Source: an uncultured Bacilli bacterium
GTDB taxonomy: Bacteria > Bacillota_I > Bacilli_A > RF39 > UBA660
Direction: 5' to 3'
NCBI GenBank assembly: GCA_947624045.1
Contig: CANQIL010000005.1
Coordinates: forward strand, 149-64,148
DNA: 64,000 nt
The notes beneath the pieces are model-generated. The model was not told the origin of the DNA and did not search any database. It saw only the letters and a program-made list of their open reading frames with translations. Positions 63,809-64,000 of the stretch are shown here, piece after piece; positions within the stretch are counted from its first letter, which is position 1; each line of letters opens with the position of its first letter. The translations under genes were made by a program, and so were the position numbers.

Positions 63809-63967
63809 TTATGGCATTAAAACTAAATGGCAAGAATAATTATGGGTGAAGTTGCCATTGTTGTTGTCTACACCGAATACTCCCACAAGCGTGCTATCAA
63901 AGTAGTTGCCACCGCGATAAAACCAAGGATGAACACGGTACACAAAGAGTCTGTAATCACCATACCA
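63809..63967 (-). pseudogene. 3' end (variable region only) of a fourth CLec paralog
   Basis: WYGDYRLFVYRVHPWFYRGGNYFDSTLVGVFGVDNNNGNFTHNYSCHLVLMP* aligns with the tails of copies 1-3; the sequence upstream of it is non-homologous. Confidence 0.8.
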
Positions 63968-64000
63968 CCCGAGTTTGACAGTTGATAGAAATTGAAAAAG
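63967..64000. mobile_element. Probable IS982-family terminal inverted repeat (element extends beyond the window)
   Basis: ACCCGAGTTTGACAGTTGA begins exactly where paralog homology breaks; it fits my recollection of IS982 ends (ACCCGA..TT..AGTT). Confidence 0.5.

Noticed and set aside
63809-63967. Fragment interpreted as the DGR template repeat
   Set aside because: Most variable positions are already substituted (cgt, gtt, ttt, ctt) and it ends in the same LV..P-stop as the genes, so it looks like a VR. Its differences from copy 1 are not adenine-only.

Overview
AT-rich Firmicute (Bacilli-type; gene order tkt-sirA-yneF, xerD-deoB, ruvAB-queA) chromosomal window spanning the replication terminus. 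A Bacillus/Staphylococcus-type dif site lies at 46477-46504, where gene orientation flips from mostly + to mostly -. Housekeeping genes include yebC, ruvAB, queA, tkt, uvrC, mutL, miaA, tgt, rarA, xerD, deoB, murC, type IV pilus genes, an ABC exporter and two tRNAs. Main accessory system: a dispersed family of secreted ~670-aa proteins (three full copies plus a fourth 3' end cut by a probable IS982-type end at the window edge). Each joins a TasA/camelysin-like N-terminus to a C-terminal FGE-sulfatase/C-type-lectin domain. The last ~53 codons look like DGR variable regions, yet no reverse transcriptase or template repeat is in the window. Each full copy has its own divergent XRE repressor, with a distinct palindromic operator inside a consensus promoter. 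Also notable: a tRNA-Thr-adjacent island (two radical SAM enzymes, nucleotide kinases, two NUDIX enzymes, a GT2), a sigma-like protein with eight tandem HTH-like repeats, two oversized sigma70 paralogs, a RelE/Gp49-like domain in a large protein pair, a 49-bp duplication flanking a frameshifted KilA-N gene, and a promoter-driven orphan hairpin RNA. All family assignments come from motifs recognised by eye; no database searches were run.
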